Both the position numbers and the translations under genes were made by a program. 64,000 nt of DNA, taken from assembly GCA_020184695.1 (NCBI GenBank), contig JAANOX010000244.1, positions 1 through 64,000 of the forward strand. The letters run 5' to 3'. Under the pieces are notes generated by a model, which was given only the letters and a program-made list of their open reading frames with translations, made no database searches and was not told where the DNA came from. Of this stretch, positions 23,850-35,368 are shown one piece after another. Each line of letters opens with the position of its first letter. The stretch's first letter is position 1. Origin of the DNA: Histomonas meleagridis 2922-C6/04-290x (lineage: Eukaryota; Protista; Parabasalia).

Positions 23850-25027
23850 ACCAAAGAATCATATTATATAATAGAGAAAATGATTGAAAAAAATTTAATT
23901 GATTCAAAAATTACCAAAAATATTTTTGTACAAAACAGAAGAAGAAAACAGAAAAAAAAATTGGTTCTATGGAGATCCCTTTGAAAAAACTTTTTCAACT
24001 AATTATGATAAGTTATCAAAGAATGATTGGGAACTCCACAAAAAATTAATTAAAGAAGGAGTTAATCCAAGTAAAATATCAAAAATCATTCGATATGATG
24101 AAATCGAAAAACTTCAAGAAATAACATCACAAACAAATTTTAATCAAACAATTGAGCCATCACTTTATGAAAGATGTTCATTTATTAATCATAAAAATGC
24201 TTCATCAATTGATTATGCAGCATTTTTTTCTTCAGTTAAATGTTTTAAATATTTACTTGTGAATAATGCAAAAGTAGAAAAAAACAGGTAAATATGCAGT
24301 TGCAGGTGGAAACGAAGAAATTATTCATTTGTGTGAACAAAATCATTCATCATTTGAAGATGCATATGAAACACCAATTAAATTCCATCAAAATGATATT
24401 TATTAAATATATTTATGAAAATAAATTAGAAGAAACTAATTTACAAAATTCTCATAAAATAGAATCCAATTAGGATTTGGAAAATCAATATTTTCGAATG
24501 ACTTGGGATGTATATGTGTGAATGGTGGAAATTATGAAATTCTTTTGTTTTTGCTTGGAAATGGGATGAAAGTTAAGGAATATATCATCGGTACAGCAGC
24601 AAAAATTGGTAATCCTTATCTAATTAAATATTTTCTCCAAAATTATCAAATTCAAAACAATATTTTAACAATATTACATTTAAATCAGTAGTAGAAACTT
24701 TTGAAATATTTAAATATCTTATTGTTCAAGAAGAAATTAATGTTAATGCTAAAGATAATATTTATATAATATTTCAAAATAATATTTGGAAATTCTTTAA
24801 ATTATTTTAAACAGCACTTCTGGAAGCATCTAGAAATGGTCATACAGAAATAGTTAAATTACTTCTTGAACAAGGAATTGATTTTAATACTAAAGATATT
24901 TATTTGTTTTATTTGTTATTTATTTTAGTAATTTGATATTTCAAAATAATATTTGGAAATTATTTAATAAAGCACTTATTTTAGCATCTAAAAATGGTCA
25001 TACAGAAATAGTTAAGTTACTTCTTGA
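23850..25027 (+). pseudogene. DUF3447-type/ankyrin gene, frameshifted, with spacer-split ankyrin cassettes
   Basis: DWELHKKLIKEGVNP, IDYAAFFSSVKCFKYLL, KYAVAGGNEEII, then cassette 24808-24903 and a 62-nt spacer at 24904-24965. Confidence 0.8.
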
Positions 25028-25293
25028 AAAAGAATAAGGATTGAATGGTTGCAAAATAACATTTTAAAAGGCATAAAAGTCGTCACCCCCACATTTTGCT
25101 GTATTCAATTCTTTCTGAATGAAGCTTTTTTGATTCATGTAGATCACATTTTGCTTCAATAAGCGTTATTAAAACTCTACAGATTGAATTGTTACAAACA
25201 TTCTTTAGTACCTTTGAAATATTTTGAAACGAATCTCTTTTTGTAATATCATAGAGAATAAATGAGCCAATTGCACCTCGGATTTAGGAAATT

Positions 25294-25881
25294 TTAATGT
25301 GCTTCTCCAAAATGGTAGTAAAACCAATAGTTTCCACAATTAATTGAATAAATAAGCGATAATATATAAAATATTACCACGATTACAAATACAATTATTT
25401 TTGTTATTTTTGTTTTAAATGGAGTATGGTAAAGAGATTTGTTAATCCCTGAAATAAAACGATAAATGGTAAAAGCGAAAAACAAATTTGTTAAGAAAAT
25501 TGTAACAAACCAATTATGGAAAAATTGACGAATAACTTGAATTGGAATATAAAACATATCTCCGAGTAATAAAAATAAAAATCCATGTTCATATGCTTTA
25601 AAACAAAATTCTAAATCTGGTTCGACATCATAATTCCATGTGCATGTTCTTCTATGCAAAAATTTATTTGGTAATTTGAAAACTTTGTTTAATATAACCC
25701 AATAGAAAGAAGAAAATAAAACGCCAATAATAAAATTATCAAAAACTACAAAAGAAAAGCAAGTATAACATAATGTCTTGATATTATAACTTGTCAAAGG
25801 GAAAAGATACCAAATCAATGCAACTATTACTGAACATACAACTTGCTGAGGAATTGGGTTAAATATTTTCTTTTTTTCCAT
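25294..25881 (-). CDS. Hypothetical multi-pass membrane protein
   Basis: ORF from ATG at 25881 (MEKKKIF) with several hydrophobic segments. Confidence 0.55.
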   Translation of the reverse strand: MEKKKIFNPIPQQVVCSVIVALIWYLFPLTSYNIKTLCYTCFSFVVFDNFIIGVLFSSFYWVILNKVFKLPNKFLHRRTCTWNYDVEPDLEFCFKAYEHGFLFLLLGDMFYIPIQVIRQFFHNWFVTIFLTNLFFAFTIYRFISGINKSLYHTPFKTKITKIIVFVIVVIFYILSLIYSINCGNYWFYYHFGEAH

Positions 25882-27335
25882 TTTCACAGAAAACCGTTTC
25901 GGTGACTTTTTTTTTCTAAATCTAATTTGTATATATCTATCAATAAAATAAAACAATGAAATATAAATAAGATAACCAAATAATAAGCAGAAAAAGGAAA
26001 AAAATTAACAAAGTTTTAGATAAACTGGTGGAAAAAAATCGGCAGTATCGGTTCCACTTTTTGAACGTGATTCTATTAGACCGATCGAAAAGTGCTGCCA
26101 ATTTTCCACAACAAGTTTAGATAAAATTTTATTAAGGTGTTTTTCAAATTCATTACAATTATTAGTTTTTGTGAATTTAAATAATGATTTAATTTTATAT
26201 GATCGTTTTTAAATATGTTAGTACATTATCATGAATCGAGAAAGAATTCTTCTTTTTTTCTGTTGGCATTTATTTCCTTTTTCTAGATTATCCACTCAAT
26301 GAGTTCTTTTTTAAATTTCTTTTTGTTTGCTCACCGAACAACGCGAAGCTTATGATTATATGTATTTTTTGGTTGATTCAGTACAAAAATGATGACAAAT
26401 TATTAGTTCATGCAAGTTAAATCAGTTGGTAAACAAAAGCGCAGCCGTTTAGAGTATTACTAGGGGAGCTCCCCAAAATTCAATACGTATTGGTATTGCT
26501 GTTAATTGTGTCGAAGCAAACTTTTTGAGCGTTTTTCTTTCATAAGTCGGTTCGTTGTCGAACGATATCACTTTCTTTCTTTCATTTTTTTTTTTTTAAA
26601 CAACAACAATTTTTGTTTTGGCAATTGAAATGAGGGGACTTTCTGTCACTTTTCAATAAAAATATTACGTTTTCAGCTTTGTAAACAGCTTCCGATCGCA
26701 AAAACAACAAAACATGCATCAACAAATGTTAAACCAATGAACCGACGAAAACGCGCCGTTGTTGAAACTCTCTGTATCGTTTTTGACTGATTTATTAGCA
26801 AGTTTGTCAAGTTTTCTCGCAAATGTGTTCTTACTTTTTGGCTTTACCCATGTGTTTCTTTTGCTCATTACAAACCTCTCCAAAAAATTCAGGTTCAAAG
26901 ATTTTTAGTGATCAATTATCTATTTCTCAAACTCTCAAACATTCCACTTATTTCACTTTAGAATCCAAAGGGCATACATGTTTACCTATCTCATCCCATA
27001 ACAAAGAGTGTGTATCCATTAAAGTCACAAATTATATTATGCTAAAAGCGAATGAATCAAATACATTTAATTATATCACAGAAGAATATCAGCATCATTC
27101 CTCTTTATTAAAGTTACCGATGTCATATGTTAAACATTATTTCAAATTCTTTTCTTTGACATTTAATCATTTTTCATTAAAAACTCATTTACCAATTTCA
27201 ATGAATAATAATTTCATGAAGAAAATGTTCAAATTCAATGAAAATGCTCAAGTTCTAATGTATAACTTTTTTATTTTGGGATTTTTTTTATTTTATGAAA
27301 TCAAATTTTTAATGAATAAATTGAAAGCAAACGAA

Positions 27336-28575
27336 AAGAAAAAACATAAAAATATTTTTGTATTTTTTCTGTTTTTCATGAATTCTTATCAAATATATAA
27401 TGAAGATAATTTAACACTTACAATCATATATTCAAATGAATTTAATGAAATTTCTCAATATAAAAATATTGTGAAATATATAATTATCAGTGAAAATATT
27501 TATTCAATTCCAAGTGGTTCATTTTCAGAATGGTCATCAGTTGTTTCAGTTAATTTTGGTAATTCAGTATCATCTATTGGAGGTTATGCATTTTCGTCAT
27601 GTTCTAATTTAGTTACGATTATAATTGGAGAAAATGTTACAGAAATTGGTGGTTCAGCATTTTCAATGTGTTCATCAATCAAAAACATTACAATTCCAAA
27701 TTCAGTTACAACAATTGGAAGTTATGCATTTTCATCATGTTCTAATTTAACTTTATTAACACTTGGCTATGGAATAAAAAATATTGAAAGTTCAGCATTT
27801 GGTAATTGTTATAATCTTCAATGCATTTATTATTATGGAGATTCAGAACCAGAAATTAGTGAAAATGCATTTTATAATGTTTCAACAAGTGTTATCACAT
27901 ATCCAACATATAAAGGAAGTAAATTTGGAAGTTTAGATGTTGCCAAAGACAACACAGAAGGAATATGCGAACCACTTCCAACGCATTCATTTAGTCAATC
28001 AAATACATATGCACAGTCAGATTCAATATCATTATCAGAATTATATTCATTTAGTCAATCGAATACATTTTTCTAATTCAAATACATTTACTGCATCACT
28101 TCAATGTGATATTTCATTATCATTTTCATTTTCATACACATTAACAATTACATTATCAATTATACATTCGTTAACTATTTATGAAACAAAAACGAAATCA
28201 TTTTCATTATATATAAATAATTCGACATTTTCATATATTGAAACAGAATTTATTTATTACAATTACACGATTGTTATTTATTCGACTTATTATAATTATT
28301 ATTCCAATTTCTTTACAATGTTTTACACTTCCAATGAAAATTCGCCAAATGGAATTACGACAAATGCTTTGATTGGAATTATTTGCGGATCATTTGCATT
28401 TGTTTTGGTCATTGTTGGAATTGTTATATTTTTAGTGAAAAGTAATAAGAAGAAAGAAAAATCGATATCAAAGTTACAATTTAAGGACACGACGACATCA
28501 AGTACAAAGCAAATCGAAGAAGTAAATAGTTTAGTTGAAGATATTGTGAAAGAAGATGAAGACAATTGGCTATGA
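27336..28575 (+). CDS. BspA-like (TpLRR) surface protein, copy 1; homopolymer frameshift at about 28070
   Basis: Repeats of [35 protein letters not shown] and [16 protein letters not shown]; Ser/Thr-rich stalk; TM ALIGIICGSFAFVLVIVGIVIFLV; tail ending EDNWL. An upstream open frame from 26823 is fused in frame, function unclear. Confidence 0.8.
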
Positions 28576-29313
28576 ATAAAATGTGTAATAATGAAATTTT
28601 TTTGATTTAATGTATATATAAAAATTATGTGTTGTAATATGAAATAAAATAAATTCATATTAACGGTAATATAATTTTGACTTTAAAATGTTTTGAATTA
28701 GTTTGTTTAAATATGAAATTTTGAATTTTATGATGTTTAAATAGTATCACTGACTTTAAATATAATAAGGTAAATATTGTTGCACAACGATCAATAATTT
28801 TGAATTCTGATTGTCAATACATTAAATGTTCAAAAGCTTTTGAATGAAATGTGATAAACTTTACTTGAGTTCATTATTCTCAAAATCAAAAAATATCTTT
28901 TAAATTAAAGATACAATGTAATTGATTATGTACATAAAGAGCTCTTTATATTTTGTTTATTATATATATAATAATAAACTATAAAAGCAAGAAATAACAG
29001 AATTGCCAAGGTATTAAAAAAAATAAAATTTCTAATGATAAAAACATTATAGATAAATGAACGGCACACCAAATTAAAGCATAAATTCCGTTCTATAACA
29101 TATATTCATTATGTTATTTAAAAGTGTATTTAAAATGTTATAAAGCTGTTTCTTTGATTGTCGTCTTAAAAAATCGATACAAATATTTCAAAATTGGTTA
29201 GAAAAACGACAATAAAACAACAGGTTTTTAAAAGTTTAACCGTGAGATTTTAAACTTTTGAGATAGCCGATGTATAATTGGTGAAGGTCTATAGATATAT
29301 TACAAGCTGAAAC

Positions 29314-29919
29314 ATGAAGATCTTTCTTTTGTCCAGCATTTTGATCATGATGAAACGATTTATAACCGATACAAAGCTTATTACACCTTATATCATTCAA
29401 AAAGAAATATTAAAAATACAAAACCACGCAAACAAGAAAGGCATGACTTTCAAATGTGATGAAGATGTATCAATTAATGAAATTATGAACAAAAAAATTA
29501 AAAGATTTAACAATAATTATAAAGTTTTGATAAACAAATTATTTTTAAATTTGATACCAAATAATGAATCTACAATAGTTGTACATCAGAATTTTAATAA
29601 CAAACAAAAAATTCCAAGAACATATTTTTCAAACATTTTGGGAAAATACTTTGAAATTGATATATTTGTCAAAAATGGTAAATTTTATAAAACATATAAC
29701 AAATCTTATGAAGATGTATATCCTATAAAACGTGAATTTGCCCATTTTTTGATGATGCGAAACTACAACGAAGAAGGACCAAACATTTTGAATGTTTTAC
29801 TTCATTTAACCATCATTTTTTCAATGATATTTCCGGTTATTTATATCAAATTTTATCAGAAAAACACAATTTCAGTTCAGAAAATATTAACGACCAAATA
29901 TACATTGAAAGTAAAAGTT
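29314..29919 (+). CDS. Hypothetical protein with signal peptide and C-terminal TM, running in frame into BspA copy 2
   Basis: MKIFLLSSILIMMK... LHLTIIFSMIFPVIYIKF; no stop before the duplicated segment begins. Confidence 0.45.
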
Positions 29920-31191
29920 AAGAAAAAACATAAAAATATTTTTGTATTTTTTCTGTTTTTCATGAATTCTTATCAAATATATAATGAAGATAATTTAACA
30001 CTTACAATCATATATTCAAATGAATTTAATGAAATTTCTCAATATAAAAAAATATTGTGAAAATATATAATTATCAGTGAAAAATATTTATTCAATTCCA
30101 AGTGGTTCATTTTCAGAATGGTCATCAGTTGTTTCAGTTAATTTTTGGTAATTCAGTATCATCTATTGGAGGTTATGCATTTTCGTCATGTTCTAATTTA
30201 GTTACGATTATAATTGGAGAAAATGTTACAGAAATTGGTGGTTCAGCATTTTCAATGTGTTCATCAATCAAAAACATTACAATTCCAAATTCAGTTACAA
30301 CAATTGGAAGTTATGCATTTTTCATCATGTTCTAATTTAACTTTATTAACACTTGGCTATGGAATAAAAAATATTGAAAGTTCAGCATTTGGTAATTGTT
30401 ATAATCTTCAATGCATTTATTATTATGGAGATTCAGAACCAGAAATTAGTGAAAATGCATTTTATAATGTTTCAACAAGTGTTATCACATATCCAACATA
30501 TAAAGGAAGTAAATTTGGAAGTTTAGATGTTGCCAAAGACAACACAGAAGGAATATGCGAACCACTTCCAACGCATTCATTTAGTCAATCAAATACATAT
30601 GCACAGTCAGATTCAATATCATTATCAGAATTATATTCATTTAGTCAATCGAATACATTTTCTAATTCAAATACATTTACTGCATCACTTCAATGTGATA
30701 TTTCATTATCATTTTCATTTTCATACACATTAACAATTACATTATCAATTATACATTCGTTAACTATTTATGAAACAAAAACGAAATCATTTTCATTATA
30801 TATAAATAATTCGACATTTTCATATATTGAAACAGAATTTATTTATTACAATTACACGATTGTTATTTATTCGACTTATTATAATTATTATTCCAATTTC
30901 TTTACAATGTTTTACACTAATGTTTATGATAATCAAAACAACGATAATGAAACAACAATTATCATCATTTCTGTTTGTGTAATCGTTATAGTAATAGTCA
31001 TTATCATTATATTAATTATATTAATGAAACATATTCGAAATAAAAAAGAAGAAATTTATGAAAATGATGAATCAGAACAAAATGAAAACGAAACGACGAA
31101 TACATTTACTACTGGAATAAGTAACATAAATATTGAAGAAGATCCATTTGCTGAAGATTTTCAAGAAGAAAAATTTATTGAACAAATATAA
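29920..31191 (+). CDS. BspA-like surface protein, copy 2; several homopolymer frameshifts
   Basis: Same LRR and stalk as copy 1, but [24 protein letters not shown] and tail ending [18 protein letters not shown]. Confidence 0.75.
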
Positions 31192-32529
31192 TTTTCAATA
31201 TTAGATATTAGTAAATTTTGTAATGACAATTATAAATATTATATGAATCTTATGAAATAAAATATTTCGATGATACATAACATTAATGCATTACATCATC
31301 TTAAAAATAACTTTAAAATATTTGTAATGATATTAAATGGATATGATCAAATATATTTAATACATTCAATACAAGGAAGAATGAGGTATAAATATCAAAC
31401 AACATATGGCTTAAAAAACATCACAGAATATAACTCTCACGCTTACACTTTATTGACATGGAACTAATCATCAATCAATAAAAAAACAAGTGCCAATGGT
31501 AAAATAACTTATTTAAAAAGTAAACCGAAAGTAATATTACTTCAAGAAGCAAATCAAATTATAAATGATGAAGAAAATTAATGAGTTCAATATAAACAAA
31601 AAATTAATGATATAAATAAAAATGAAAATAAATTTTAAAATGTTTATTTACTGTAAAACTATTTTTGAAATGAGTGTTTTGAAGCATAAATATTAATGTA
31701 AATAACGTAAATCTAACATTCCGTTTTATTTGTGTTGTTATTTTAATAAAAGTATACTCGTTTATAAGCAAACTGAACCACACTCATTATAATATGTTAT
31801 TTACGATAAAGAACAAATTCAAGAAATAAAGATAAACATATCAAATTTTACGAATGAAGAATGTTTAAGTGTATGAAAATTCTCAAAATATAATATTTAT
31901 GAAGCAGTTATTTTTCTATTAGAAAAAGATAAAACTAATTAAAATAATTTAACTATAAAACAAAAAGAAAAGATAAAAATTCAAAAATTCTGAAAGAATT
32001 TAGTGGAAGATTAAATTTTTTTGAGATAGCAAGTTTGAATGATAAGTAACAACAATGAAGAAAAAGCCATAAATTTCCTTCGATGATTTGATATTAATAA
32101 CCATTAAATAACTTTAACATTAGTTTTTCAAATTAATTTAACTATACTTTTTTTTTAATTTTTTGCAAAATGTTAAATCACAAATACAAAAGTGCTAATT
32201 TTTAAAAAAATAACCAAACAATTTTCAACTTAGTCAATTAAATTGTATATCATTCAAATGTGGCAACTATATCTCTCAAATATGACAACAAAATTAGTGA
32301 AATACCGTGGTCCTTCGGGTTAAGAACTTATCTTCATTTATTTTCATTTTTATTACAAATTTTTAAAAATAGAAATAATGTTTCTACTCATGCGGTGGAA
32401 AGAGCTTCCAAAAATCAAACGAAACATTAATTATAGTATGTTTTAATCGAAGAATGAAAAAAGTGACTTTATATGATAACAACTTTTTGTGATTACGATA
32501 ATAACCGCTCCGATGGAGTTTTTGTGTAG

Positions 32530-32900
32530 TCACTTTTTAAAAAATGTGTTGCCGTTTTTTTGATTTCAGGTAGCAATGAAAGAAGTAATTTAACTATTTC
32601 TATATGTCCATTTTCAGATGCACATATAAGTGCTGTATTAAATAATTTCCAAATATTATTTTGAAACATTAAATTATTAAAATAAACATAAAATAAAACA
32701 AATAAATATTTTTGGTATTATCATCAATTCCTTCTTATTCAAGAAGTAATTTAACTATTTCTGTATAACCTCTTTCAGATGCTAAAATAAGTGCTGTATA
32801 AAATAATTTAAATAATTTCCAAATATTTTTTTAAATAATAAATTATTAAAATAAATATCAAATAAAACAAATAAATATCCACTTTTTCATATTCATATGG
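32530..32900 (-). pseudogene. Two orphan ankyrin cassettes with conserved spacers
   Basis: DIY [70 nt, 32801-32870] YTALILASERGYTEIVKLLLE*EGIDDNTKNIY [62 nt, 32640-32701] NTALICASENGHIEIVKLLL. Confidence 0.8.
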
Positions 32901-32982
32901 ATTCATTCCTGCAGACATAAGTTTATTTTATATGTTCAATTTAATGATGGAATATTTAAAAAAATGAAAAACAAATTTATGT

Positions 32983-33345
32983 TCAGAGAATCTTTACTTC
33001 AACCTTTGACTTTTCTTTTCTTGGAATTGACAATGTCAAAACACCGTCTTTAAGAACAGCTTCCATTCCTTCGGTTTCAACGTTTGAAGGAAGATTAAAT
33101 TCTCTTGAAATTGTTCCATATTCAATTTCAGTGTGGATTTGTTTTACACTTTCATCTTTCTTAAGCTTCTTGGTAGCCGTAATATTTAATATCCCTTGAT
33201 CTAAATCGATAGTAATATCATCTTTCTTTACGCCAGGTAATTCCATTTGAATTTCATATCCCTTCTTAGTTTGAAAAACGTCTGCAAGTGGGTAATATGG
33301 CATGCTGAAAAATCCGCGATTAAAGTTCTTGAGGCAGGATAACAT
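32983..33345 (-). CDS. Small heat-shock protein (HSP20/alpha-crystallin family)
   Basis: PLADVFQT..YEIQMELPGVKKDDI, EIEYGTISREFNLP, AVLKDGVLTLSIPR. Confidence 0.9.
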   Translation of the reverse strand: MLSCLKNFNRGFFSMPYYPLADVFQTKKGYEIQMELPGVKKDDITIDLDQGILNITATKKLKKDESVKQIHTEIEYGTISREFNLPSNVETEGMEAVLKDGVLTLSIPRKEKSKVEVKIL

Positions 33346-33598
33346 TAAATGATTAAATTTAGCCGGCCATTTTTAAGTTCAACGTTTTCAATTAAAGTGA
33401 TCACTTATTTCAATGGATTATCTCACTTTTAATCTAACACATCACCTGTGTTGCAATCCGAGAAAAACCGTAAAAACGATCACCCAACGTTCCAAATATT
33501 TGGAACCCAGACGATTAAAATATATTCAAAAATGAATTACAACGATTTGACGTTTTACAATTAACTCCTCACTTAAATAACGGAAACATAAAAATTAT

Positions 33599-34303
33599 AT
33601 GTTTTTGCACATACTGTTAAATCTATGCGCATTTGGGAGATATTTTAAAAGCCCTGTTCTTGAACTAACGGAATCTAATTTTTCAGAAATTGTTGATAAA
33701 CGTAGTAATAGTTCTGTTATTTTTGTTTGCTTCCATGCAGGAATGGGACCAGTTCGTCAATCTTCACTTCCAGGTTTCAATATAGCTGCGAAAAAACTTG
33801 AAGGAATGGTGACATTTGGTGCAGTTGACATTTCTAAATATCGTGATGTTACCCCACGCTTCCAAATCAACACTCTTCCCTCATATCGTATTTTCCATTC
33901 GCATGGAGTTGCACATTACCTCAATTTATACCGCAATGAATCTGCATTCATTAAAGCATCAAAGGCATATCTTCCCAATTATAGTGAAACACCTGACGCA
34001 TCATGGATCTCCAATGGTGAAAGTGCGGCCATTTTATTTGTTGACTCTGGTGAAATTCCAATTTATTGGTTATCGATTGGTTGCAATTTCCATGATTCGA
34101 ATGATTCGAATGATTCACGCATTCACATAGGATTTACTAATGAAACATCAGCTTTCAAGCAGTTTCACATCGCTCGCAATGAAACCGTTTTATTATCTAA
34201 AAATGGATCAACAAAACAAATACCAGGAAATGTTCCATTCAAGGAATTGCTCACTTCTATTAGGAGTTACTTTAAAGAAGAAGAGCAAGAAAAAGAACTT
34301 TGA
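33599..34303 (+). CDS. Secreted/ER thioredoxin-fold (PDI-like) protein lacking CXXC
   Basis: Signal peptide, VLELTESNFSEIV, GMVTFGAVD, FQINTLPSYRIF, and acidic C-terminus ending KEL. Confidence 0.7.
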   Translation: MFLHILLNLCAFGRYFKSPVLELTESNFSEIVDKRSNSSVIFVCFHAGMGPVRQSSLPGFNIAAKKLEGMVTFGAVDISKYRDVTPRFQINTLPSYRIFHSHGVAHYLNLYRNESAFIKASKAYLPNYSETPDASWISNGESAAILFVDSGEIPIYWLSIGCNFHDSNDSNDSRIHIGFTNETSAFKQFHIARNETVLLSKNGSTKQIPGNVPFKELLTSIRSYFKEEEQEKEL

Positions 34304-34399
34304 TTTTTATCTTCAATAAATTTTTTAAGTTGTTTTTTCTTTTAAATGCTACATAATGTAATTTTTTTCATATTTAAATATTCGAGTGAATTTGCTATG

Positions 34400-35253
34400 G
34401 TCTAATATCGGTACTATAAAATAATCATATATGTTGTTTTTTCATCAATTCCTTTTTGCTCAAGAAGTAATTCAACACTTTTAGGTGCATATATAATTGC
34501 TGTTTCAAATCATTTAAATAATTTCCAAATTTTATTTTGAATTTTTTCAAAGTATCAAAATAAATTTTATGTAAGGCAAATACATATATTTGCGATATCA
34601 CTATTGGTTCCTTCTCCTTAAAGAGTAATTTTACTATTTCTTCTTATCATTCATTTTATAAAAATGTTCTTCAATACTTTCACTGTACCAATCTTTACTT
34701 TCAATATTTTAATCATTTTCTTCCAATTTAATGATATCATTTCGATGAAATTTAATTTCTGCTTTATACAATCCGATAAATTTGGAATGATTTCGTTCGC
34801 ATGAAATTTCTTTATTTCCACATGCAACTACATATTTACCTATCTTTTATTTCCTTTTGTACCATTTAGAAGGAAACATTTACCAGAACTAAAAAATACT
34901 GCATAATCAATTAATGTAACTCAATATTCTTTATTCACAAATGAATATTTTTTGTACACTGATGATTTAATTGTTTGATTAAAATCATTTTGTGATGATA
35001 TTTTTTGAAGTTTTTATATTTCATCATTTAGAATTATTTTTGTAATTTCATTCGGATTAACTCCTTCTTCAACCAATTTTTTACGAAGCAACAAATCATT
35101 CTTTGATATGTGGATGCAATTTTTCGTATCATTAATTAGATGAATTAAATTAAATTTAATCATGTTGTTGAGAAGATATTTTGACTCTTGAGAGATTTTT
35201 TGAAGAAGAAAATGCTCAAATACATCTAATATTTTTGAATTCATATGAATCAT
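34400..35253 (-). pseudogene. DUF3447-type/ankyrin gene relic
   Basis: KKLVEEGVNPNEITKII, LIDYAVFFSSGKCF, and a spacer of about 73 nt (34507-34579) ending TTTGGAAATTATTTAAATGATTT before GAA ACA GCA. Confidence 0.7.
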
Positions 35254-35368
35254 TTTACTTCCTTTTTCTCAATTTACAATTCTTACACATTAAGTCATCA
35301 AATATATTTTCCGTTAACATCACAAATTAAAAAAAAAAAAAAAAAAAAAATTATTTCAAAGAACTCTT

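Larger units (their letters stand above)
27336..30918 (+). repeat. About 1-kb direct duplication (27336-28329 and 29920-30918)
   Basis: The copies look identical by eye except for 1-nt length differences in homopolymers. Confidence 0.9.

Noticed and set aside
24904-24965. Gly supplied by a micro-exon inside the spacer (TTTGGA in 62-nt spacers, AATGGT in spacer B)
   Set aside because: Spacer A (23394-23430) and the 31-nt spacer (13799-13829) contain no GG, so this cannot be the general rule.
26463-26474. GGGGAGCTCCCC palindrome as a Helitron or transposon end
   Set aside because: No matching other terminus or transposase nearby, and the spacing to CTAG does not fit the Helitron pattern.
27937-30335. 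Programmed frameshifting in the BspA genes and at 16110, 22624 and 24285
   Set aside because: All shifts are 1-nt changes in A/T homopolymers and differ between otherwise identical copies, which is typical long-read consensus error.
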